Source of the DNA: Podarcis tiliguerta
Taxonomy: Eukaryota
Assembly (NCBI GenBank): GCA_965153285.1
Contig: OZ229119.1
DNA: 64,000 nucleotides
Direction: 5' to 3' (one strand)
The notes below the pieces were generated by a model. It worked only from the letters and a program-made list of their open reading frames with translations. It ran no database searches and was not told where the DNA came from. This document shows, piece after piece, positions 12,591 to 24,391 of the stretch (position 1 is the first letter of the stretch; the number at the start of each line of letters is the position of its first letter). Both the position numbers and the translations under genes were made by a program.

Positions 12591-13473
12591 TTCTGATAAA
12601 TTCTACAGGAAAAGGACATAGAAGAAGCTGTTTCCCAGGAACCCAGTTGCATATTTGACTCCTGCTGCTAATGGAAAGCTGTGCCTCCACCATCCACTGA
12701 CGCCACTCCAAAGAGACAAGAAACATCCTTGCAATGTTTGGATGCTCAAAAGCTAGGAACAGTGTGTCGCTACCACAATTCAATACAGCCCTGAAATCAA
12801 ACTTCATTAAGACTCCATGACAACCACCACTTGGTTAGTAATCCAGACAGGCAGCACTTTGGATCCCGCAACCAATGTCTGACTGAGCAACAGGACAGTC
12901 TCAAATTCAGCCTTTCAAATACATTTGCAAAATTTACTAAGATAGGATTTATACTGATCTTACAAAGGTTTAAAGGAGCCTACCCTGCTCCACTTTTTTA
13001 AAAGTTTCTCTCACCAACCAAAGCACAGCATTCTCCACCCTCGTGTGTTCAGGGTGCGGGTGCAGGAAAGAAAAAAAAGGCATAAAGTCCCTCACGGGTT
13101 TTGAAAATACACCACCTTTATTGGTTAGTGGGCATCAACAATAGTATGGCACGGGGCAAAGATCCTATCATTAAGTGCACTAATTCCTGGACAAGGTTCC
13201 ATGCTTGAACCATCTGCTGTGAGTCAGTCTCCTTAACAGCCCACATCGGTGTGGACTGGTCTGCTTACAGCAACCTGGGAGCACAACGACCCAACAGCCC
13301 CCTCAGCTGCTGGGGCCATGGACAGAATGCAGCACCCCTAGATTTCCCAAGAGATTGGTTCTGCCTAGTAGGCCTGCCCACACACGAATGCGACCCAAGT
13401 GTCACTCCTGCACCCACAAAAGGAGAGAGATTATTTACTCCTGCCTGCACAGGGGCACAAATTGCAGCCCCTT
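12591..13473 (+). repeat. Left arm of ~0.9 kb inverted duplication
   Basis: Reverse-complement homology to 20060-20981 across its length. Confidence 0.9.
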
Positions 13474-15790
13474 GTTAAGTCAGGAAGTACATCAAGGGAT
13501 AGCACCAAACCAGTGCTCAAACACTGACATGGCTCCATCTCCCCTTCCCCCAGTCAGATTGTCCCACACAAATGCTGTACTTAGACATTGCTAGGGGAGT
13601 AGAGAAAAAAGTCATAGAGGAGGGACACTTGCCCCTCTGACACAAAATATAAAACAGCAGTTGGATTTCTCTAGTCAAGAAACAAGTTGAAAAACTAGAG
13701 TCAGTTTGAACATGTATGACCCCATGGCACGTCAGACTCAAGTAATGACTGGAAATATGTAGTTAATTGTTAATTATTAATTTTATTATAATTACTTGCA
13801 GTATATTTTATGGGTTAATGACTGCATTGTGGGAGAGAAACATTTGGTAGAACAATATCCTGCTGCAGATATTTTGAATTAGAAAAACCGGTACATCATA
13901 ATCTAGTCCTGTGTTGAATTATGCTTTTAAAATGTTATGTTCCTTCTTAAATATGTGTTTTATGTATGTATCTTTGTATGTTACCCATGAAAACAGACAC
14001 TTTAATGGGGGTATAAACTGAGATCTGTATTATTTTTTAAGTTATGCTACTTACAGACTTCATTGTTCTTTTTCCTCTCCCCCCCCCCTTTTATCTTTAT
14101 TGCGGTCCATAGACCCACAGTTTCAAAACAAGATACAGTTAAGACAACCAAACAACAGGCGAAAGAGACCGAGGTAGTCGTTTTGTTATGTCTAGGGCAT
14201 GGTGGTCTTTTTTTCTTACGACCTCCAAAAGAAACTTTGCCACGGTCAGTGTAATATCATTTGACCTATGCTCCAGAAGGTATTTAATATGGGAGGCTTC
14301 ACATTTTCCCGATATTGTTCTTTAACTTTAACCTTAAAAAAAAAAGTGAGATCAGCATTTGTGCTAAAATTCCTCAATACAGAGGGTAATTTATCTGACT
14401 TACTAATTTTAGTTACTAATTTTATAAGTTTAAATAAAACCTACCATTTGTGTGTGTGTACACTTACACTTACAAGCAAGAACATATAAAATTGAAGTTA
14501 AGAGAAATCCAGGCCTGTTGTTAAAGACTAGAGGAGTGCTACTCAAACTCCCCCTCCTCACGCATAGCATAATTATCACAATTTTCCTGTGTATATAATA
14601 TAAACACTCAAATACATAACTTAGTGCAGACAGGAATCACCCCATGGACAAAATATATGCTGCAGACCAAACTCTCAAGGAACCCATTCACCTCACCTTG
14701 CTCTTTTTTTTACTGTATTCAAATCCTCTCCTATCATAGTAGGATGTGGTCTTCATAGTACCACATCAGCAGTCATGCCAGTGAATTAATTTCTATATAC
14801 TTTTATTTATACCATTTATATACCACTTAACAGATAAAAGCAATAAGTATTACAAAAATACATAGCAGCAGTGCTTTTTTTCTGGGGGTACTCAAAAGGC
14901 ACATTTTTAAAAAATGTGTGACACTTACTGTAAGAACTTCATGGTGAGTACCAGCACCATTTTTTCATTATTATTTTTTAAGCATTGCATAATAACATAT
15001 ACAACTGTAGAATTAATAATTACTAACCTTTCTAACCTATCTCCCCTCTCAGCCTCCTGGCTCTTACCCAGGACACAAACAAACTCACAACTAAGTCACA
15101 AAATATCAAAAAGAAGGATTCTGCAAACTGCTGACACTAATCTCTTACTCTAGACGTACTTTTTTATGGGCAGGCACCAAGGTGAATGGAGCTTCCTCAG
15201 CCTATGTCCCATTCAACAGTTAGCTGCCCTCTCCACAGCTAGTCCCAGGTTACGGCAGCTTTGATGAGTTTCTCAGTGAGTTCCAAAGATGGAGAAAATA
15301 ACATTCCTCCACACACAGTTCGTTCTGTCATTTTTTGCCCATTTCTCCAGCTGCTCTCCTATGCTTTTATGGAGGGGCTTTCATTTGTGGGCAGGCACCA
15401 GGATGGATGGAGCATCCTCATGCTGCCCACAACTATGTCCCATTCGGTAGTGGAGCTCCAATCTTCACATCTACTTTGTATGCAGCATATGACCATAGAA
15501 CAGTTTAAGGAGTAAAAACATATGGATATGTTGATTACAGAGTTGTGCTCAAATGCCCTCTCAAAATTCTCCACCTGATTTGTGGGCAGAAAAAATGGGG
15601 TATACCATTTCGCCAGATTTATCTAGATGGAGAAGAAATTATCCAATAGTTTCTCAATGAATGAGCCTCGCCGATAGCAGTAGCAGCAGCACAGCTTGTT
15701 TGTTTTCCCCTTGTGTGCCTGTGAGAGTTTTGCTGCTGTACAATCGTTATGGAGTGCTGCTTGGAGCCAGGATGGGGGACACCACAAAAG

Positions 15791-15791
<1 letters not shown>

Positions 15792-15844
<53 letters not shown>
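15792..15844. repeat. (GAAA)n microsatellite
   Basis: Directly visible. Confidence 0.97.
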
Positions 15845-15846
<2 letters not shown>

Positions 15847-16994
15847 GTGTTTCTTGTATTTGGATACAATTCTGCAAAGTGGCCTTCTTCTTCTGGGAGA
15901 GGGATGAGAAAACAGCAAATCTCATAAATATTCACAAGAATGTTTTCATATGCATATAAAGAGGCCCAAAATGCACATGTCTTAAGCATAGGCTTGTACT
16001 CTCATCACTCCTGATCATTGGCCATGCAACATCTGGTGGGCCAAAGGTTTCCCACACCTGTATTATACCTTAGTCCTGTTGGATAGTCAGGTGGAATTGA
16101 CATTGTCCATATGTTCTGAGGTCCTGGGAGTTATTAACATATTTTCCTCAAGACTTGCAGGAAAACAATGCAATGGTCAGACATTGATCCAAAGTGGAGA
16201 ATCATCTGCAAGTAGTGCTGTCATTTTGATTTACCAATTGCCTGTAGTTTGTATTGCTCCTTATCTCTTTATCCATATCTTCATGGCTGCTCAGTATCTG
16301 CACAGATAGAAGTCAATAATTAACCTAGGCTCAGAGCCCAATTAATTCCTATGCGGACAGTATCAAATAACGGGATTAAAAATCATTTTCCCTTAGCACT
16401 TTATTTTTATTGCCCGGTCCTTACTAATTCTCATGTAGCTTTTGCTGCGAAACCTTTTAAAAACTGCTGCTATTTTGCCCCAGTTTTGTTCCCTCTGCAT
16501 GCCTATATTTAAAGCAATTTTGTTCTTCCCTCGCATATTTTGGGGAGGTAAGTCTGTCCGATGGCATCACTGATGAACAAACATTGCATCAGTTTGATAA
16601 AGAGATAGAAGGTCTGAATAGAAAAAAAGTGGACAGTTTGACATTATTGTGGGTAAGTTACAATTTCAACAGCAAAAAGGCACCGAGCCATCTGCCTTTG
16701 TGTAACAAATTGTTCCTGTTTGAACGATAATCAGTAAAAGATGAGAATCAGTAAAATCAGAGGGCATGTGAGCAATGCCAGCTCAAATACGCAGAGTGGT
16801 AGTTTAAAGCCCAGAGAGCCTGTGAAGCCACTGACTGAGTTGTGTGGCAGCCAGAATGACTGCAGGGGAGGAGTAACCCTCCCACAAGAACCTGGGGTCT
16901 CTTCCAACTCTACAGTTCTACGCCTCTACTTGCTAGTCTGTAGCAATAGGCCTTAATTCCCCTTAGCTTCAATTACTAGTTCTTACTAGTACTA

Positions 16995-17026
16995 GTGTGT
17001 GTGTGTGTGTGCGCGCGCGCGCGCAC
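16995..17026. repeat. (GT)n(GC)n compound microsatellite
   Basis: Directly visible. Confidence 0.95.
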
Positions 17027-17071
17027 TAAACAAAAGGTTACCGGTAGTTTTACTTAAACTTGTAAAATAAT

Positions 17072-17167
17072 TTGTTGTTGTTGTTTAGTCGTTTAGTCAT
17101 GTACGACTCTTTGTGACCCCATGGACCAGAATATGCCAGGCACTTCTGTCTTCCACTGCCTCCCGCA
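17072..17167 (-). mobile_element. BovB (RTE) LINE 3' end
   Basis: Plus-strand (TTG)n TTTAGTCGTTTAGTCATGTACGACTCTTTGTGACCCCATGGAC is the BovB 3' tail signature. Confidence 0.8.
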
Positions 17168-17624
17168 TATAAAATAATTTACTTGTTAGTAAAAAGAGAG
17201 AGAAATTCCCTTCTGTACTGTGGAACTGTGCGGCAGATACTCATTTCACATCTTCTTTTCTTTTTAAGATGAAGGAGCAAATTCCTTGATACAATGAAGT
17301 CTGTTAGTTGCATAACTGAAAACAGAATCTACATCTCAGAGTTTATAGTCCTTTGAAAGTACCAGTGTTCTTGGCTAATATATATACATACATAAAACAC
17401 ACACACACAAAGCCCACATAACATTTTAAAGCATAATTCAACATAGGACTAGATGATGATGTACACATTCTAATTCAAAACCTCTGCAGCATGATATTGT
17501 ATTACTAAATGTTTCACTTGCACAGTGCAGTCATTCACCCATAAAATACCCTGTAAGTGATTACAATAAAGGCAGGAAGAACATCCAATTAACTACATAT
17601 TTCCAGTCATTATTTGATTCTTGG

Positions 17625-18300
17625 TTGGCATCTGTCTTGGAAGAGTGTACTTTTAAGGGGGGGAAGACAAAAAGTTGGAAGTTACAGCGTCTACTGTGGC
17701 TGTAGAGGCCAATACAGGAGAGACATGTTTCATTGCAGTTGGAGCAAATAGAAGTGCCTGGTTTTGCTGCTGCAGATGCACCATGTCATTGCTTCTCTCT
17801 GTGCTCCTCCCAGTGGTCCTCTTTTGGTCACTGCTGTGGATACACGACCTGATTGTCTCCAGGCACTGCAGACGTCTGCAAGGGATTCCCAAATGGCAGG
17901 GTTAATGTTGCCAGCCTTCATGTCATGTTTGCAGACATCTTTGTAATGCAGAGTCTGGTGCCTGAACCCAGCTCTTTGTAGAGCAAAAGCCTTGTGGAAC
18001 CTGCCACCTTCCATTCTGTGAACATGACCAAGCCAGTATAGACATTGCTGAGACAGGAGTGTGAATATTCTGGGAATGTGGGCTTGGGAGAGCATATAGT
18101 TGTTTGACAGTCTCCTGTCATGTGATGCCCCAAATCTTCCAGATACAGCACATATTGAAGGCATTGAGGTGCATTGGAAGTTGCCCATGTCTCACTACTA
18201 TAAAGCAGTGTAGTGAGACGTGTGGGCAACTTACCGTATATCCACCAGAAGCGATGCTTCAACACTTTCCACATGCGCTGAGTTAGGAAGGTTTGGGGCA
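17625..18300 (-). mobile_element. RTE-clade LINE ORF2 3' fragment (frameshifted)
   Basis: Decayed QAHIP..LLSQ..L.WLGHVHRME and YKDVCK.DMKA motifs; C-terminal CNETCLSCIGLYSHSRRC zinc-finger-like motif. Confidence 0.85.
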
Positions 18301-18575
18301 TTGTGTAGACAGAGACAGAGTCTCAAAGATGTGACATGTCCTATATGTTCAAACTGACACAACCTTAGTTATTTAGCTCTCAGAGAAATTCAATTGCTGA
18401 TTTATATGTTGTTTCAGAGGCAGTTGTCACTCCTCTATGGGTTCTTTCTCTACTCCTCTAAGTGAATTCTAAGTCCAGTAATTGTGAGGGACAAGTAGAC
18501 TGGGGAAAGAGGAGATGGAACTATGTCATTGCTGTAGCACTGGTTTGGTGTTATCACTTGACAGTGATGCATTTA

Positions 18576-18921
18576 CATACCCTCCAACATTTCTCTGATT
18601 AAAATAGAGACATCCTATTCAACAACAACAACAACAACTTTTCTATTTATACCCCACCAATCTAACTGGGTTGACCCATCCTCTCTGGACTGCTTCCAAA
18701 ACATATAAAAACATAATAAAACATTAAACATCTTTTAAAATCTTCCCTATACAGAGCTGCCTTCAGATGGCTCAGGGTTGGATAACTCCACACACTCCAT
18801 TTCTCCAATGAAAATAGGGATGTCCTAAGGAAAAGCAGGGCATTACGGAATCAAATCAGAACCTGAGGTGGCTTCTGTAAATTCAGGACTGTCCCTGGAA
18901 AATAGGGACACTTGCAGGTGG
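18576..18921. mobile_element. Non-autonomous DNA transposon with captured L2 tail (copy 1)
   Basis: CATACCCTCCAAC end and repeated AAAATAGGGAC units; direct-orientation homology to 21154-21522. Confidence 0.75.
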
Positions 18922-20059
18922 TTAATTTTAGTCTCTGTCTTAATAGTCTTACATGTGCAGCAGGGTTCTCTTTCGATCAGGAGCGAGCGACCTCAGGTCC
19001 AGAGGCCACATACAGTGCTCCAGTCTTCTCTATTTGACCCATAGGACTCTCTCTAGGTCGTGCTCCCTTCTTGGCCAAACCCTATTTGGGCCTGGCTGAC
19101 ATTTGACCTTGAACTCTGATGACTCTTGTTTTCCTGGATGGAGGACAGAGAAGGTGTCTGAGTGTGTGCAGAAGCTAGCCTACTGTACAAAGGTAATATT
19201 TGCATGCATGGCTCTGCCCACCCTTGTCTCTGCCCCCTCCCTCCACTAGCCTGTGGCCCCCAGAAGGTTAGCCAGAAGGGAAATGAGGCCCTTGGGTTGT
19301 AAAAGATTCCCCAACCTTGCTTTACATGGTAAGGGAAAATGCGGAAAGTCAGTCCTGTTTCATTTGGCAGCTCTTCTGCACTCATCCAGCTGACCAGAGC
19401 CCTGCCTTTGACTTCTGCCCCCAAGTCCAGGTCTGATGGGACCACATCCCCTTGTGATCCACCTTCTCCATGTGATCACGGACTGCAGACAGAATTGGAA
19501 CACTGGTGTGTGAAGAAGCTACAATGGTAATGCATAAATCTGCTCTGATATTTCATTTCCACTGTACTATGTGAACAGAGAATGTAAACTCTGTTACTAC
19601 TTTTCTATCTTATGAAAGATGCCATTAATATGGTTTTACAGAATGTAATTTAAACAAAAGCATGTGTTCCAGGGGAAGAGGAATCCTCTGGTGAGCAACC
19701 AAGCCTGAAAGCAGCATAGTTGTGGGTTTGCATACTGCAAGAATGGTGTGACTAGGAAAGCCTTCTGGCCAAAGTGATATGAAGAAGTGGTTTTCCTTCC
19801 CAGGTGTACTTTTGTCATTATTAATTTCCAGGACTACACAAGCAAAAAGCAGAAGCTTGAAAATGCACCGGGAATAAGCCATATCCCACACAGCGTAGGT
19901 TAGTAGCTAGGGATGAAGGAGAAATTATATTCGGTTTGCATTAAAAAGCAACTCTATCAAATTCACACTTACTGAAACAGCCATCCTTCAAAATTGGCAC
20001 TTATCTTAAATTTTGTGAAGAACTTCTGCATCCAAACATTGTTTACAAAGATGCATATA

Positions 20060-20981
20060 AAGGACCGCAATTTGTGGCCCTGCACAGGCAGGAGTAAGTG
20101 ATCAGCCCACTTTTGTGGGTGCAAGAGTGTCACTTGTCCGCATTGGTGTGTGGGCAAGCCTACTGTTGGGGAGTCAATGGGAGTTCCCCTTAGCAAATAT
20201 TGGGGTGCTTCATTCCACCCATGGCCCCAGCAGCTCAGGGGCTGTTGAGTTGCAGTGCTCCCAGGTTGCTGGAAGGGCCCACCAGACCAGTCCACACTGA
20301 TGTGGGCCTGCAAGGAGACCAACCCTCAGCAGGCGGCCTGAGTATTGAGCCGCATCATCATCCAGGCATTGGCCCACTCGATGATGGTATGTTTACCCCA
20401 TGGCACACTATACTGTAGTTTGTGTGTGCTATAACCAATAACAATGTGATCTTTTTAAAACTCACTCTATGCCATTCATCACTTCTGTACCTGCATCCTG
20501 GGTGTGGGGTGCAGGCCCAGAATAATGTTTTTCGACTGATGAAATAAACTTTTAAAAAGTGGAGCAGAGTGGGCTTATTTAACATTTCTCTCAGTTTTAT
20601 ATGCAGACGCAAAAGATCAATATAAATCCTAGCTTAGTAATGTATCTAAAAGGCTGAATTTGAGACTGTCCTTTTGCTCAGTCAGACATTGGTTGTGCGA
20701 TCCAAATTGCTGCCTGGCTGAATTACTAACCAAGTGATGGTTGTCATGGAGTCTTAATGAAGCTTGATTTCAGGGCTGCATTGAATTGTGATAGTGGCCC
20801 ACTGTCCCTAACCTTTGAGCATCAAAACATTGCAAATATGTTGTAAGGTTTCTTGTCTCTTTGGAGTGGTGTCAGTGGATGGTGGAGGCACAGCTTTCCA
20901 TATCAGTAGGAGTCAAATCTGCAACCTAGTTCCTGGGAAACAACTTCTCCTATGTTTGTTCCCCAATGGAATTTATCAGAA
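20060..20981 (-). repeat. Right arm of ~0.9 kb inverted duplication
   Basis: Reverse-complement homology to 12591-13473; 69/75 identical by hand for 12841-12915 vs 20648-20722. Confidence 0.9.
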
Positions 20982-21153
20982 TCACAGAATCATAGACTCT
21001 TTTGGCCCCATTTTTTCAGCCCTGTGATAATTAATCCTGATTTACTTGTGGGGTATTTATACCTCTTCCTGTATTTGTTCACTCCCCCTCACTTCCCTAA
21101 CTACAAAAGCCTGTTTCTTTTTAATGTGGATTTATTGCACTAGGGTGATAGAG

Positions 21154-21522
21154 CATGCCATCCAACATTTCCCCCATGAAAATAGGGACATCCGTCATCA
21201 TCATCATCATCATACTTATACCCCACCCATCTGACTGGGTTGCCCCAGCCACTGGGCAACTTCCAACACTTATAAAAACAATTATTATTATTATTTTTTA
21301 ACTTCCCTATACAGGGATGCCTTCAGAAGTCTTCTAAAGGTTGTATAGTTACTTAGCTCCTTGGCTCATTGGCTGCGTAACTCCATACCCTCCAACATTT
21401 CTCCAATTAAAAATAGGGGCGTCCTAGGGATAACTGGGACATTCCAGGATCAGATCAGAAACTGGGATGGCTTCTGTAAATCCGGGACTATTCCTGGAAA
21501 AAAATGACATTTGGAGGGTCTG
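21154..21522. mobile_element. Non-autonomous DNA transposon with captured L2 tail (copy 2)
   Basis: CATGCCATCCAAC...TTGGAGGGTCTG ends; an internal second CATACCCTCCAAC near 21384. Confidence 0.75.
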
Positions 21523-24294
21523 GTAGAGGTCTTTAATCCACTTTAACTGCACAAACCTAAAGTTCTGGAATGTGCTTAAATCCCTCTTGTAAAATAGAGT
21601 GATCACCATTTAATTGGGTGATCTGTCCATTAACCTCTGCTTTGCCACTGGGACTGGCTGACTTCCTCCCCCACCTGTGGCCATTTAATGCTATGTACAC
21701 ATTAGTGGATTGAAACATGGAGGGGTTGTTTCTCCCCCTCCCTTTGCTTTGTTTCAAGTCACCTTTGTATATTTCTACACACCGGAGAGCAGGAAGGGAT
21801 GTCTACCCAATGCACATTCCCTGATTTGCTTCCCAATGAACTTCTATTCAGTTAAGCTGTCATCTGCACAGGCGCAATGGCTGTCTCAAATGTATTTGCT
21901 TCACTGATGCTTCAGACTTTCAAACTGAATGGAAGCTGGTTTGAGGGGAAACTCACCAATGAGCAGTATTTCTCAAGAACCTACAAGGTACATAGGGGTT
22001 GTAGCTAACGTCACTTGTACGTGGCTTCAGACACCAGTGGTGGGAGCGTACTCCAGCTGGAGTAACCGGTAGCATGTACACAACCTAACTTGCAAAGCCA
22101 GGCAATGCAGTTTTGTTCTCTGCAGCCCGGAGAGCTCTCTCCACTCGGTCTCCTTTGCTTCTGATTTTGTCATGTACACTTAGCTATACTCTTTGATGCC
22201 ATTTCTTCATTGCATCACTTTGGAAGTCTGGTTGCTATGGCAACTGAGCACAGCTTTAACAATCTGTTTGTGGTCCACCTATTTCAAGTAGACATTATTC
22301 TGGATTCTCCATATTTCCATTATTGCTATTCAGTTAGGTGTGTAAAGCACAGGACATATTGTTTTTTCCTTTTCTTTTAAAAACCGATCCTTTGCTGGCT
22401 GGTAACTATCTAGTTCACGTAAACTACCTTGCAATGTTAGCCTGACAAAAATAATCCTCTGTGAAATATTGTGCTATCAGAGACACATTTTTAATGGAAT
22501 ATCTGAGGAAGAGAAATATTTGAAAAAGGCCATATTTCTCCCAATTCTGAAAGGCTTTGTACTGAAACTTGAAGCTCTTCCTTTAGCAGCAAAGCTGTAC
22601 AGACCAAGATCTTAGATAGGAGCTCAAGGCTGCACCCTTTCTTCACTCTCAGCCATGTACTTTCCCCTCCTCATGAGTAGCCTCACCTGCAGCTAGCCAG
22701 GCACTTCTCAGTCACCCTGAAAGTGTTGCCTGGCTAGCCTTCTCCTCTGCCCCTGTGATCTTATACTTGGTATTAGTGCCATAGTTACTGGGGAAGGGGG
22801 CTAGCCAGGTTTTTTGCCCTGGGTGAAGCCCCCAGAGGGGCAGCATTGAGGCTCCCAGCCTGTTAGTGTGTGTACTCAAATGTGTGCCAAACTGGGTCTT
22901 TGACCCAGGTGAAATAAAGCCTAGTTCCGCCCCTGCCTGTTATGGGGCAGTGGGTGTCCGTCTGAGGGCTGACCAAAAATTCAGGCAACTGATGTGGAGA
23001 CCCTCAGTCCTGGGTCAAGGATGTCTGGAGCCAATGGCTCCTCGGGGTCTCTGGCGGTACCAGAAGATGTTGCTGCCCCTGGTCCTCCTTTGAGCGGCCC
23101 CCAGGTTCAAGGTCTGAATGGGGTTGAACCCTTATAGAAACTCATTAGGATGCATAGGAACCAACTCCTAGGGGCCAAGGTTCCTTTGCCCCCCCCCCGA
23201 ATAAAATAGTTGAGGGCCCCCTCCCAAAGCTGAGGGGAATTCCCATTTGTGTGTGTGCGTGCCCCCCCCATGTCATGTGATTGATTATGCTTACCTGCCC
23301 CCCCCATATTTTATTCAAGTCGGCACCCCTGTTGGGATGGTTTTGGAATTGTCAAGAGTTGTCTAAGCCTTCTTACATTTACTGTTAGTGTTGTCTAGGA
23401 TGAGAACATGGCCCAGAGGAGATCTTTCACTGTCTCTCTCTCTTGCACTGTTACGCTGCAATCCTACATCCACTTACCTTGGCGTGAACCCCATTTATTT
23501 ATTATCCACTCTTCAGCTTTAGTGTGGGATGGAGGGGTTAAAAGTGTTATTTAAAAGAATTTATATATTATGTATTTATTGCATATACCGCTTTTCCACT
23601 GAAAGAAACTCAAAGCAGCTTATATCAGAAATATAAAACATAATAAAATACAGTTACTGTTTTGAAAACATCTTTTAAAACCAGCAGTTTTATTAATTTG
23701 CACAATGAATGCCCTGCCCTTCAATGGGTACCCAGGATGGCTTATCAAATGTTAACAGTACAAGAAAACAAATTCGAAATAAATTGGTAAAACACCACAA
23801 TATAGAAGAGCACTAGAAAAGCAGGCAGCAGAATATAAATGAACCTCAAGTGGCATAAAAGCTGTACAGAGGATTAAAAAGCCTTGGAAAATTAGAGCAA
23901 GGTTGAATTATTAGTTGTGCTGCTTTAGTTAGCTTTTGGGGGGAGGTTGAAAACAGCTGGTGAAGGCTACCTCAACATTGGGTGAGGATGAATGCCAGCA
24001 ACTTTTGATAGGGTGAGGAATTTATCATTATGATGAGGGGGCAAAAGGTTTTTAAGTTTCAGTGCTGTTTGTTTGTTTGATATGTCTGCCACTTTATCTT
24101 GCTGAGGGCAACACAAAGTGACATACAATCAAACAAGACTCCCACGAGAGGTGGTTAACTGTCCTCCCTTGGAGGCTTTTAAGCAAAAGTTGGATGCCAT
24201 CTATCATGCATGATCTATTAGTTGATATTCCTGCATTGCAGGGAGGTTGGACTAGTTGACTCTCTGGGTCACTTCCAACTCTGATTCTGTGTCA

Positions 24295-24391
24295 AGACAA
24301 AATACAAAAATTCCTTCCGGTAGCACCTTAGAGACCAACTAAGTTTGTTATTGGTATGAGCTTTCGTGTGCATGCATACTTCTTCAGATAC
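24295..24391 (-). mobile_element. Penelope-like retroelement terminal (pLTR) fragment
   Basis: Minus-strand ...GAAAGCTCATACCAATAACAAACTTAGTTGGTCTCTAAGGTGCTAC... has the form of sauropsid Penelope ends (recognised from memory) and carries a hammerhead core. Confidence 0.75.
24354..24391 (-). ncRNA. Minimal type I hammerhead ribozyme (Penelope-associated)
   Basis: GTAT-CTGAAGA-A-GTATGCATGCACAC-GAAA-GC-TC^ATAC: helix I GTAT/ATAC, core CUGANGA and GAAA, near-palindromic helix II, palindromic AGCU helix III, CUC cleavage triplet. Confidence 0.75.

Noticed and set aside
15619-15989. ORFs with FLSF/KERK repeats
   Set aside because: Translation of the (GAAA)n microsatellite.
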